Positions 23,047-32,382 of a stretch of DNA of 54,949 bases are shown here, piece by piece. The stretch is from contig JAZLDE010000106.1 of assembly GCA_045614625.1 (NCBI GenBank), positions 1 through 54,949 on the forward strand, read 5' to 3'. Numbering within the stretch: the first letter of the stretch is position 1; each line of letters opens with the position of its first letter. The notes below the pieces were generated by a model that did not search any database, had not been told where the DNA came from, and saw only the letters and a program-made list of their open reading frames with translations. Made by a program: the position numbers and the translations under genes. This DNA comes from Eubacteriales bacterium (GTDB taxonomy: Bacteria > Bacillota > Clostridia > Oscillospirales > CAG-272).

Positions 23047-23775
23047 ATGAACATACTGATCTGTGATGACGAGCGCGACATCGTTGCCGCGCTGGAAATA
23101 TATCTGCGAGCCGAGGGCTACAACACCTACGTCGCCTACGACGGCCGTCAAGCCCTTGAGATCGCCGCGCGCGAGGACGTTCAGCTGATTCTTCTGGGCA
23201 TCATGATGCCTGTCATGGACGGCATTGCTACCATGACCGAGCTGCGCAAAACGAGTAACGTGCCCGTTATTTTGTTGACGGCCAAGAGCGAGGAGACGGA
23301 CATTGTTCTCGGGCTCAATCTGGGCGCAGATGATTACGTGACCAAGCCCTTCCGCCCCGTTGAGCTGTTGGCGCGGGTACGCTCGCAGCTTCGCCGCTAC
23401 ACTCAGCTGGGCAGCTCGTCCTCAGATGATGTGCGCGACGACTCGCGTCTGTCGGTCGGCAGCATCCATCTGGACGACAAGCAAAAGATTGTCACCGTCG
23501 ACGGTGATCAGGTCACGCTGACCCCAACAGAATACGACATTCTCCGCTTTTTAATGCAGCATCCGGGCGAGGTCTTCTCCCCCAAGGAGCTGTACCGCCG
23601 CGTTTGGGGAGACGATCCCTTTGGCGCGGAGAACACGGTGGCCGTTCACATCCGCCATCTGCGAGAAAAGCTGGAGATCAACCCTTCCGAGCCTCGCTGG
23701 CTCAAAGTCGTCTGGGGCCAGGGCTATAAAATGGAAAAGACCCCAACGCCAAAGAAAGGAGTGCCCAAGGCATGA
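23047..23775 (+). CDS. OmpR/PhoB-family response regulator with Gly in place of the phospho-acceptor Asp
   Basis: The receiver domain is MNILICDDERD...QLILLGIMMPVMDG...LLTAKS...VTKPF, followed by a winged-helix output domain (LTPTEYDILRFLMQHPGEVFSPKELY...VAVHIRHLREKLE...GQGYKM). ATG 23047 follows GAGGTG; the track start at 23032 is TTG. Confidence 0.85.
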   Translation: MNILICDDERDIVAALEIYLRAEGYNTYVAYDGRQALEIAAREDVQLILLGIMMPVMDGIATMTELRKTSNVPVILLTAKSEETDIVLGLNLGADDYVTKPFRPVELLARVRSQLRRYTQLGSSSSDDVRDDSRLSVGSIHLDDKQKIVTVDGDQVTLTPTEYDILRFLMQHPGEVFSPKELYRRVWGDDPFGAENTVAVHIRHLREKLEINPSEPRWLKVVWGQGYKMEKTPTPKKGVPKA

Positions 23776-25754
23776 CGGATCACCCCGAAGCATCCCCCAA
23801 GCAAAGAAACTCGTCGTTTCTATACCACGACAGCATCAAGGCCATCTCTCTTCTTTTGGCCTGCTTTTTGCTGATTTCCTCGCTGTTCAGCATTATTTCC
23901 GTTGTTCTTCTGGCTGAATTTGGCTTTTATACGGGCACGTTTGAGGCCACGCAGCGTGAAGTTTACACCCACTTTGGCAAGACCACGGCCGAGCAAACGC
24001 TCATTGACGTCTATCAGGAAGTCTACGATCCCGTCGATCCCAACTATTCCAAGATCGATGAATACGATGCCGCGCTCAATGCCGAGCTGCTCCGTCGTTT
24101 TGCCACGGACAACGTCCTTTTGACCATAACCGATCCGGGCGGGCGCGTTCTCGCCTCCACCTACCGCGGTGAGGAGGTGCAATATGAGGGTGAAACCTCC
24201 GTCATCTTGTATGACGGCGTAGAGAAAAGCGCCATTGAGCGCTTCGTCCATTTTGTCATTCCCGTTGAAAAGGAAGGCTCGGGACTGTTCTATGTCATGG
24301 ACCTTTGGCTGGCGCAGGTGTACGATCAGCGCTTTGCCCTCATTGTCATTGGTTTTATTTCCTTCGTGTTGTTCTCTGTTTTATTCGTTCTTCTTTTGGG
24401 TACGGCGGGGCGCCATCCCCGGGAAGCCGAGCCGCGTCTGAGCGTGTTTGACCGCCTGCCGACCGATCTCATGATCGCCTTCTACGGCGTTTACGCCTGG
24501 CTGCTGGCCGAGCTGATCCTGCACGTAACGGAATCCTGGAAGCCCGTATTGATCGTTCCTGCGGCGTTGTTGATCTTAATTTCTTCCCCTCTGTTCTTGC
24601 TGTTCTGTTGCAGCTTTGCCACTCGCTGCAAGTGTGGTACGCTGATCCAAAACACGGTCTGCTTTCAAATTCTGTACTGGTTTTGGCGAGGAATCGAATG
24701 GTTTTGGAGACACGCGCTGTGTCCGATTGGGCGCACGATTCATCAAGTCATCGCAGGCATGCCCGTTGTTTGGAAGACCGCGCTGATTTTGTTTATCGTT
24801 TCCTTCGTCGAGTTTTTCGCGCTGTGGTTTATTCCCACCCGTTCCGCCCTGCTCATTTGCTGGCTGGCCGAAACGCTGGTCTTTGCCGTGATCATTCTTT
24901 CCATGGCGCTGATCATGCGGCGCTTGCAAGCGGGCAGCCGCGCGTTGGCTAAGGGCGATCTGCAATACAAGATCGACGAGAACCACATGCCGAGTGATTT
25001 CAAGGAGCACGCCAGGGATTTGAACAGCATCAGCGAGGGTATGAGCCACGCGGTGGAGGAGCGCATGAAGAGCGAGCACTTCCGAACCGAGCTGATCTCC
25101 AACGTATCTCACGACATCAAAACGCCGCTGACGACCATCATCAGCTATATCAATCTGCTTCAGCAAGAAAAGTTTGAGAGCGAGGCCGCGCAAAAATATC
25201 TGGCAACGCTGGATCGTCAATCGACCCGACTCAAAAAGCTGATGGAGGATCTGCTCGAGATCTCCAAAGCATCGACGGGAAATATGACCATCGTCCCCAC
25301 GCCCTGCGAGCTGGAGGTTTTGCTCTCACAAGCGCTGGGCGAATACGAGGAGCGCATGGCCAAGGCCGATCTGATTCCCGTTTTGCACATCGCATCCCCT
25401 TCGCCCGTGATCTTGGCGGACGGGCAGCTGCTCTGGCGTGTATTTGACAACCTCTTGAGCAACGCGGTGAAATACGCAATGCCCGGCACGCGCGTGTATT
25501 TGGATCTGACGCAGGAGGACGGCTACGCAACGCTGTTGTTCCGCAACATTTCCAAGGAGGAGCTCAACGTTCCTGCGGCGGATCTTTTGGAGAGATTCGT
25601 GCGCGGTGACCGTTCACGGCACAGTGAGGGGAGCGGTTTGGGCCTTTCCATTGCGCAGAGCCTGACCGAGCTGATGGGCGGAGAATTGTCGCTGGATATT
25701 GATGGCGACTTATTTAAGGTTTCGTTACGGTTTCCGCTATACGTTGAAAAATGA
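23772..25754 (+). CDS. sensor histidine kinase (multi-TM sensor, HAMP, HisKA, HATPase_c)
   Basis: H-box FRTELISNVSHDIKTPLTTI, N-box LLSNAVKYAMPG, and G-boxes GSGLGLSIAQSLTELMGG. The start overlaps the response-regulator stop by 4 nt (ATGA). Confidence 0.85.
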   Translation: MTDHPEASPKQRNSSFLYHDSIKAISLLLACFLLISSLFSIISVVLLAEFGFYTGTFEATQREVYTHFGKTTAEQTLIDVYQEVYDPVDPNYSKIDEYDAALNAELLRRFATDNVLLTITDPGGRVLASTYRGEEVQYEGETSVILYDGVEKSAIERFVHFVIPVEKEGSGLFYVMDLWLAQVYDQRFALIVIGFISFVLFSVLFVLLLGTAGRHPREAEPRLSVFDRLPTDLMIAFYGVYAWLLAELILHVTESWKPVLIVPAALLILISSPLFLLFCCSFATRCKCGTLIQNTVCFQILYWFWRGIEWFWRHALCPIGRTIHQVIAGMPVVWKTALILFIVSFVEFFALWFIPTRSALLICWLAETLVFAVIILSMALIMRRLQAGSRALAKGDLQYKIDENHMPSDFKEHARDLNSISEGMSHAVEERMKSEHFRTELISNVSHDIKTPLTTIISYINLLQQEKFESEAAQKYLATLDRQSTRLKKLMEDLLEISKASTGNMTIVPTPCELEVLLSQALGEYEERMAKADLIPVLHIASPSPVILADGQLLWRVFDNLLSNAVKYAMPGTRVYLDLTQEDGYATLLFRNISKEELNVPAADLLERFVRGDRSRHSEGSGLGLSIAQSLTELMGGELSLDIDGDLFKVSLRFPLYVEK

Positions 25755-25758
25755 TGAT

Positions 25759-25786
25759 AGGGAGCTTCTTTGGAAGCTCCCTTTTT
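25759..25786 (+). terminator. intrinsic terminator of the two-component operon
   Basis: AGGGAGCTTCTTTGGAAGCTCCCTTTTT. Confidence 0.75.
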
Positions 25787-25789
25787 GTT

Positions 25790-26200
25790 TGGCTGAACTT
25801 CAAACCACTTCTCCTTTTGACGCTCACCCTGTGCCTGCGGCAGCCTTTGGAAACTGCTCTTGTGCCGCGCTTCAAAGCAGGCTGAGGAGAAAGACATCTT
25901 TGATTTAATGTATCTCTCGCTGCTTTGCCACCACGCGCGGCAGACGAAGATAACAACAGAGTTTTGCTTGATTTCCCCTCTTGAGCGTGCGCTTATGCGC
26001 CAAGAGGGAGGATTTTGGCAAAACAAAAAGCCCCGGCGGCTCTTGAAAAGCCGTCGGGAGGTAGGGGGTTCCAAGGGGGAACGCCTTGGTGTCCTTTCTT
26101 CGCCTATTCTTTGCGACAAGGCAAAGAATAGGCATACAGAGCACACCGAGCGCGCCTCAGCTCGACAGAGTCGAGGTGGGCTGGGCGAGACTGTAGAAAC
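25790..26200. repeat. mosaic hairpin-rich intergenic repeat, locus C
   Basis: Head CTTCTCCTTTTGACGCTCACC at 25808, GCCACCACGCGCGGCAG at 25927, and perfect hairpin 26102-26133 (its stem is identical to that of 43700-43731). Confidence 0.75.
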
Positions 26201-26233
26201 TATCACAAAAAACTCAGAGATTTCTCTCTCCGC

Positions 26234-26731
26234 TCAAAACCACGCGTCAAACACCGCCACGGTCCCATAAGAAACTACTGTCATAATCACACCGGCCAAA
26301 ACAACGCCCAGCACGATCGACAACAGCGCCTTCCAAAATCGAATGCCCGTCAGCGAAGAGAGCAAGCTTCCTGTCCACGCCCCCGTGCCCGGAAGCGGAA
26401 TCGCTACAAAAATCAGCAATCCCCAGAACGCACGGTTCTCCACTCGCTCACGCGAGCGAAGCGCCCGACGCTCCAGCCAGTCAGCAATGCCGGTCGTCCA
26501 TTTGAAATGGCGCAACCCGCGCAAAATCGCCTGCCAAAGCAATAGTAAGATCGGAACGGGCAATGTATTCCCCAGCAAGCTCAAAGCAAAGCTCTGCCAC
26601 CACGGCAGTCCCAGACCCGCACCAAGCGGTATGGCGCCGCGCAGCTCAATGATGGGCAGCATGGCACAGAAAAACACGCACAGCTCTCGCCCGACCGTTT
26701 CGAGAAAGAATGACTCAATGGCGTCGATCAC
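26234..26731 (-). CDS. small multidrug export-family (COG2426-type) membrane protein
   Basis: PIIELRGAIPLGAGLGLPWW and VAIPLPGTGAWTGSLL are typical of this family. The GTG start at 26731 follows AAGGAGG. Confidence 0.65.
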   Translation of the reverse strand: MIDAIESFFLETVGRELCVFFCAMLPIIELRGAIPLGAGLGLPWWQSFALSLLGNTLPVPILLLLWQAILRGLRHFKWTTGIADWLERRALRSRERVENRAFWGLLIFVAIPLPGTGAWTGSLLSSLTGIRFWKALLSIVLGVVLAGVIMTVVSYGTVAVFDAWF

Positions 26732-26768
26732 GTTGCCACACCTCCTTGCTTTTTCTTGAGAATACAGA

Positions 26769-27440
26769 TCAGATCGTGCCGTGTAGTACGATCAAAAAGA
26801 TTGCGACGCAAATCGCGATCAACACAAGGCCTCCGATGAGCGCGGCCAGCGTTTTTTTATCAAAGGCAAAGCTGTCGGGGCCGCCTTTGAGGATGCGCGC
26901 CTTTTTCAGCGAAACCGAAACGGGCTTGTAAAGCACCAGCACCAGTGCCGCGTTCATCAGCGTTTTGGTCAGATTGAAGGGCAACAGCAGCGTGGGAAGG
27001 ATCTTCACCACCGCCTCGACCGAGCCACCCGTCATATAGTAAGGTGTTACCACCAGATTCATCACCATCATAATGGCCGTCGTTCCAAGTACGGCCGCCG
27101 CCAGTGCAACGATAGCACGCGTCATGGTGCGATTGCGCTGATACACGCTCGCACAAATGGCGCAAAACGATGCGCTGGAAGCAAAATTCATGATCAAGCC
27201 ATACATGCCCGTGCCGCTGATGCTCACAAACTCCAGCAGTGCAACGATCAGAGCCATGACCACGCCCCATACGGGGCCGAAAATCATCGCGCCGATCGCC
27301 ATAACGGCGTCCTTGGCGTCAAACGTCAAAAATGAGACGTGGATACGAAATACGAATTGGCAAGCATATGCCATGGCGCAAAAGACCGCCACAACGGCCA
27401 TGCGCAGCAGTTTTTCTCTACGGCTTAACGTTTTATTCAT
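26769..27440 (-). CDS. ribU: ECF-transporter S component, riboflavin-specific by riboswitch context
   Basis: A 6-TM S-component pattern, directly downstream of an FMN riboswitch. Confidence 0.75.
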   Translation of the reverse strand: MNKTLSRREKLLRMAVVAVFCAMAYACQFVFRIHVSFLTFDAKDAVMAIGAMIFGPVWGVVMALIVALLEFVSISGTGMYGLIMNFASSASFCAICASVYQRNRTMTRAIVALAAAVLGTTAIMMVMNLVVTPYYMTGGSVEAVVKILPTLLLPFNLTKTLMNAALVLVLYKPVSVSLKKARILKGGPDSFAFDKKTLAALIGGLVLIAICVAIFLIVLHGTI

Positions 27441-27502
27441 GTTACATCATTCCTTTCTCAATAAAAAGATACAAATGAAAGGTCTGATATCCAAAGGCAA
27501 CG

Positions 27503-27680
27503 CCTTTGCTATCTTTTCCCATCCGGACTATACTCGCTCGCATCCGCGCGGGATTGCAGGCTTGCGAATTCGGCCCCGCCGAATTCTACCGTCGGTTCGG
27601 GAATTTCACCCGATCGGCTCCGTTTGTGGAGTTCGCAGACTATCACTGCCGGTATGGAATTTCACCAATTCCCAAAGTTA
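27503..27680 (-). promoter_or_regulatory. FMN (RFN) riboswitch
   Basis: The minus strand reads GGGAATTGGTGAAATTCCATACCGGCAGTGATAGTCTGCG...GAGCCGATCGGGTGAAATTCCCGAACCGACGGTAGAATTC...GTATAGTCCGGATGGGAAAAGA. The two GGTGAAATTCC arms and the closing AGTCCGGATGGGA box are RFN hallmarks. Confidence 0.85.
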
Positions 27681-27746
27681 TGTGTGACACTCCGCCGCGT
27701 GCGGCGGAGTGTCGGCAGGTCAATCGAATGACCTTGAAAATTAATT

Positions 27747-29270
27747 TTATTCTTGCTGGTTTTCCAGCATTTTTTCGAAGGCCTCCGTCACCTTATTAAC
27801 GCGGTCCTCCGCGCCGGGGAGTGCCTTCTGGTAGTAAGACGCATAGTCGCTGTTCGGCTGATTGCCGGTCAGCAGATCGCGCATGGTGTCGGTCCACCAT
27901 CTGTTTCCGCCGTAGACGTAGGCGAAGTCAAGGATCATGCTCTGACGGATCAGGTCAACCATCTCCTTGGACACTGCATCCTTGGTATAGCGGTTCTTGA
28001 GTGCGACTTCAAAGTAGGCAGGAGTAACCTGACGGTAGCCCTCCGCGCTCATGGATTCCATGATCGTACCTACGTAATCGGGATCGGAACAAGTGTGGGG
28101 AATCACAAAGTAACGGTCGGTATAGCCGGCGTAATACTCTTCCTGCGACTCATCCAGCTTGGGATAAGGCACAATACCGTAGTCTACATCATAGTCCAAG
28201 AAGACCTGAACGGCACTACCGATATGGACCGGAATGTAGACCGCCTGGTTCTGGCCAAACATTGCCTGTGCCGAGGGACGGGTGATAACGTAGCCACCGT
28301 CACTTTCCCACAGAATGTTGTACATTTTCTCTACCAGATCGTACATACGCTCGTCATGACCATTGAGAACCAGTTCGCCGGTATCAGCGTCCTTTTGAAC
28401 CAGCTCAATGCCAAACGATTCCGGCCAGCAATACAGCTGAGAAGGAATGACAATACCGAAAATATCGTCCTCGGTCTTGCCCTCGATACCCATGTCGCCT
28501 TCCTCGTGGAAGTCCTCAATCGAGGTGAACATATCCTCCAGATACCATTCGCCGCTCTGCACCTGCTCGTATGGCAGATCCATGCCGTAATCCTCCATCA
28601 ACGACTTGTTGAAGAAGACCGAGCTGGTGGAGATCAGACCACGGTAGGAGATAGAGGAGGACATCAGATACATCTGTCCCATAAACGAGAGCGACTCCAT
28701 ATTTTTCTGAGGCCACCAGGGCTTAGAAAAATCGAACTGCTCGATCTTATTCAGATCATACAGCACGCCCTCCAGCGACAAGTTGGCGCCGTGGACGTCG
28801 TGCGTGCGGGCTACGTCAAAATCGGTGAGGCCGGCGCCGATCTGGTTCTTAATGTATGTAACGTGCTCACCCTCCGAGCCCGTGCCGGAGTGAAGGGCCA
28901 CAATGTCAACGCCAAAGCGCTCCTCCGTCGAGGAAATTGCGCTGAACACGGCATTGTCAATGACGCCGCCCGTGCCTTCATCCACCCAGAAGTCATTCAA
29001 ATACTGCTCGAGAAAATACAGAATGGTAAACGTCGTTCCATAATTCTCGGACTCGGGAAGGTTATCCTCCACGTCGTAAATGTCGGGCTGCTGAGGCTCT
29101 TTCCCTTCCTCTTCCTTCTCGTCTCCACCGTCCTGAACCGGAGGCTTTTCATCCGGCTTGACAGGCTCGGAAGGCGTTTCGGGCTGATGGCAAGCAGCGA
29201 GCAACGAAACCACCAGGCACAGCGCCAGCAGAAGAAATACAACTCGCTTAAAAGTGTTTCGCATTTTCAT
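27747..29270 (-). CDS. ABC-type extracellular solute-binding lipoprotein (family 1, sugar/oligosaccharide type), copy 1
   Basis: Lipobox LLAAC after the signal peptide, a Pro/Glu/Lys linker, and a large SBP body. It is a paralogue of the next gene. Confidence 0.8.
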   Translation of the reverse strand: MKMRNTFKRVVFLLLALCLVVSLLAACHQPETPSEPVKPDEKPPVQDGGDEKEEEGKEPQQPDIYDVEDNLPESENYGTTFTILYFLEQYLNDFWVDEGTGGVIDNAVFSAISSTEERFGVDIVALHSGTGSEGEHVTYIKNQIGAGLTDFDVARTHDVHGANLSLEGVLYDLNKIEQFDFSKPWWPQKNMESLSFMGQMYLMSSSISYRGLISTSSVFFNKSLMEDYGMDLPYEQVQSGEWYLEDMFTSIEDFHEEGDMGIEGKTEDDIFGIVIPSQLYCWPESFGIELVQKDADTGELVLNGHDERMYDLVEKMYNILWESDGGYVITRPSAQAMFGQNQAVYIPVHIGSAVQVFLDYDVDYGIVPYPKLDESQEEYYAGYTDRYFVIPHTCSDPDYVGTIMESMSAEGYRQVTPAYFEVALKNRYTKDAVSKEMVDLIRQSMILDFAYVYGGNRWWTDTMRDLLTGNQPNSDYASYYQKALPGAEDRVNKVTEAFEKMLENQQE

Positions 29271-29362
29271 TGATACTCCTTATTTCAGTCGAAGATTCGA
29301 TCATAGTCATCAAGCGGAGAACAGATATTCATCACGTCTCCGCTTGATTTATTCAATATTGA

Positions 29363-30901
29363 TTACTGATCTTTCTTTGCCAGCATTTCTTCAAATGCAG
29401 AAGTTACCTTGTCAACACGTGCCTCTGCCTCGGGAAGCATCGACTGGTAGTAAGAAGCATAGTCCTTGCTTGCATCCTTATCCTTACCGCTGAGCAGGTG
29501 GTACAGCGAACGGCTCCACCACTTGTCTGCGCCGTAAACGTAAGCAAAGTCAAGGATCATGCTCTGCTTGATCAGGTCAACCATTTCCTTGGACGTCTGG
29601 TCCTTGGTATAACGGTTCTTGAGTGCAACCTCAAAGTAAGCAGGCGTTACCTGACGGTAACCCTCAGCACTCATGGACTCCAGAATGGTGCCCACGTACG
29701 CGGGATCCGAGCAGGTATTGGGAATGACGAAATAACGATCGGTATAACCGGCATAGTACTGATCCTGAGACTCATCCAGCTTGGGATAAGGAACGATACC
29801 GTACTCGATATCATAATTCAGGAAGTTAGCAACGGCAGCACCAAGGTCAACGGGAATGTAGACCGCGCGGCCCTCACCGAAAATAACCTTAGCGTCTTCT
29901 CTCGGAATCATATATCCGCCGAAGTTTTCCCAGCAAACGCTGTACATTTCGTCAAACAGCGTGATCAGGCGCTCATCGTCACCATTGAGAATGAGCTCGC
30001 CCGTTTCTTCATCCTTCTGAACCAGTTCGATGCCAAAAGACTCCTGCCAAGCGTACAGCTGGTAAGGAACAACGATGCCAAAGATGTCGTCAGGGCTCTT
30101 GCCTTCGTAACCGTCATCGCCCTCTTCCCAGAAGTCCTCGATGGAAGCGAACATATCACTCAGATACCAATCGCCGCTCTTAACAGCCTCATAAGGCTCC
30201 TCGATGCCATAATCCTCCATCATCGTCTTATTGAAGAAAACGGAGCTGGTCGAAGACAGACCCTGATACGAAATAGACGAAGAGATCAGGTACATCTGAC
30301 CCATGAAGGTCAGAGACTTCATGGTATTCGCAGGCCACCAGGGCTTGGAGAAGTCCAGGTTGGGAATTTCGTACAGATCCATGAGCGCGCCTTCCAGAGA
30401 AAGGTTGGCGCCCTGAACGTCGTGTCCACGAGCCATTTCAAAGTCGGGCTTACCGCCGGCGATCTGGTTTCTGATCTGCGAAATGTGGTCGATCTCACTA
30501 CCGGCAGAAGACTTGATAGCAACGATATCAACGCCAAAGCGCTCCTCGGTTCTGGAAATTGCATCGTAAACAGCGTTGTCAATGACACCGCCGGTACGGT
30601 CGTCAACCCAGAAGTTAACAGCCAGCTTTTCCTGGAAGTACAGGATGTTGAAGGTCGTGCCATAGTCAGCAGACTCGGGCAGACTATCCGCTACGTCGTA
30701 AATATCGGGCATTTCGGGATCGGGCGTAGTGCCGGGATTTTCGGGGTTATTGGGCTTTTCAGGATCCGTAGTAGTATCATCAGGCGTCGGATTAGGATCC
30801 GGCTCAGGCGGATTACATGCCGTGAAAGCAGGAATCATCATGCACAGTGCCAAAACGAGAACGAGAAAACGGACAAGATTCGTATGTACTGTCTTTTTCA
30901 T
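29363..30901 (-). CDS. ABC-type extracellular solute-binding lipoprotein, copy 2
   Basis: Lipobox AFTAC. It is collinear with copy 1, sharing for example YGTTF.ILYF, GANLSLEG, SKPWWP, FMGQMYL.SSSISY, YAGYTDRYFVIP.TCSDP.YVGTI.ESMSAEGYRQVTPAYFEVALKNRYTKD. Confidence 0.8.
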   Translation of the reverse strand: MKKTVHTNLVRFLVLVLALCMMIPAFTACNPPEPDPNPTPDDTTTDPEKPNNPENPGTTPDPEMPDIYDVADSLPESADYGTTFNILYFQEKLAVNFWVDDRTGGVIDNAVYDAISRTEERFGVDIVAIKSSAGSEIDHISQIRNQIAGGKPDFEMARGHDVQGANLSLEGALMDLYEIPNLDFSKPWWPANTMKSLTFMGQMYLISSSISYQGLSSTSSVFFNKTMMEDYGIEEPYEAVKSGDWYLSDMFASIEDFWEEGDDGYEGKSPDDIFGIVVPYQLYAWQESFGIELVQKDEETGELILNGDDERLITLFDEMYSVCWENFGGYMIPREDAKVIFGEGRAVYIPVDLGAAVANFLNYDIEYGIVPYPKLDESQDQYYAGYTDRYFVIPNTCSDPAYVGTILESMSAEGYRQVTPAYFEVALKNRYTKDQTSKEMVDLIKQSMILDFAYVYGADKWWSRSLYHLLSGKDKDASKDYASYYQSMLPEAEARVDKVTSAFEEMLAKKDQ

Positions 30902-31069
30902 TAATCTTTATCCTCCTTAAGTATCGTATATATCGCAAAGATATATAATGCTGAATAAGCGGAGAAAATGTACAACAAATTCTCCGCTTATAAAGTCCTT
31001 GCTCGGGCAGGCAGAGCCTGCCCGGACAATGTTCTAAATTAGATTTTCGGTCTTTGACTTCCGATCGAA

Positions 31070-32275
31070 TTATTCGATGATGGAAGAAACGACGCCGGAA
31101 CCAACGGTTCTACCACCCTCACGGATAGCGAAACGCAGACCCTGCTCGCAAGCGATGGGGGTGATCAGCTCGACAGTCATGTCAACGTTGTCGCCGGGGC
31201 GGCACATCTCAACGTCTGCAGGCAGCTCGATGTTACCGGTAACGTCGGTGGTTCTGAAGTAGAACTGAGGACGGTAGCCAGAGAAGAAGGGCTTCTTACG
31301 GCCGCCTTCCTTCTCAGTCAGAACGTATACACGGCCAACGAACTTGGTGTGAGGATGAACGGAACCGGGCTTAGCCAGAACCTGACCTCTTTCGATCTCT
31401 TCCTTGCCGATACCACGCAACAGAGCACCGATGTTATCACCGGCCTGAGCCTGGTCAAGCAGCTTGTGGAACATCTCAACACCGGTAACGGTGGTGGACT
31501 TCTTCTCGTCGGACAGACCAACGATTTCGATAACGTCGCCTACCTTAACGGTACCTCTCTCAACACGACCGGTAGCAACGGTACCACGGCCGGAGATGGA
31601 GAAGACGTCCTCGACGGGCATCAGGAAGTCAAGGTCAGCCTGACGCTCGGGGGTGGGGATATAAGCATCAACCTGCTCCATCAGCTCGAGGATGCAAGCA
31701 TACTCGGGAGAGGACAGATCGGTGGAAGCGGACTCCAGAGCCTCACGAGCGGAACCGCGAACGATGGGAAGATCGTCGCCGGGGAACTCGTAGCTGGACA
31801 GCAGATCACGGATCTCCATCTCAACGAGGTCGAGCAGCTCATCGTCGTCAACCAGGTCGGTCTTGTTCATGAATACAACGATTGCGGGAACGCCAACCTG
31901 ACGAGCGAGCAGAACGTGCTCGGGGGTCTGCTGGAGAGGACCGTCGGTACCTGCAACGACGAGGATTGCGCCGTCCATCTGTGCAGCACCGGTGATCATG
32001 TTCTTAACGTAGTCAGCGTGGCCGGGGCAGTCAACGTGAGCGTAGTGACGGTTGTCGGTCTCGTACTCAACGTGACGGGTGTTAATTGTGATACCACGTG
32101 CCTTCTCTTCGGGAGCGTTGTCGATCTGGTCATAACGCAGGAACTCGACGTTACCCTGTCTCAGAGAGAGGGTCTTGGTGATAGCAGCGGTCAGAGTGGT
32201 CTTACCGTGGTCAACGTGACCAACCGTACCGATGTTTACGTGGGGCTTGTTTCTTTCAAATGTAGCCTTAGACAT
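31070..32275 (-). CDS. tuf: elongation factor Tu (divergent)
   Basis: [22 protein letters not shown], and domains II and III are all present. Confidence 0.95.
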   Translation of the reverse strand: MSKATFERNKPHVNIGTVGHVDHGKTTLTAAITKTLSLRQGNVEFLRYDQIDNAPEEKARGITINTRHVEYETDNRHYAHVDCPGHADYVKNMITGAAQMDGAILVVAGTDGPLQQTPEHVLLARQVGVPAIVVFMNKTDLVDDDELLDLVEMEIRDLLSSYEFPGDDLPIVRGSAREALESASTDLSSPEYACILELMEQVDAYIPTPERQADLDFLMPVEDVFSISGRGTVATGRVERGTVKVGDVIEIVGLSDEKKSTTVTGVEMFHKLLDQAQAGDNIGALLRGIGKEEIERGQVLAKPGSVHPHTKFVGRVYVLTEKEGGRKKPFFSGYRPQFYFRTTDVTGNIELPADVEMCRPGDNVDMTVELITPIACEQGLRFAIREGGRTVGSGVVSSIIE

Positions 32276-32382
32276 TTTGAAAATCCTCCGTTTAGTTCAA
32301 TTTTTTTGATTTTATTTTTATTTTTTAGCGCTTATTTTCACTGTCGCGTCCGACAGTTGAGAGATTAAGTTACAGAAGAATA

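Noticed and set aside
26769-30901. ribU plus the two SBP genes as one riboflavin ABC/ECF uptake operon.
   Set aside because: A hairpin (27688-27711) and the FMN riboswitch separate the SBP genes from ribU. ECF S-components do not use periplasmic binding proteins. The SBPs are of the sugar/oligosaccharide family-1 type, so the adjacency is probably coincidental.
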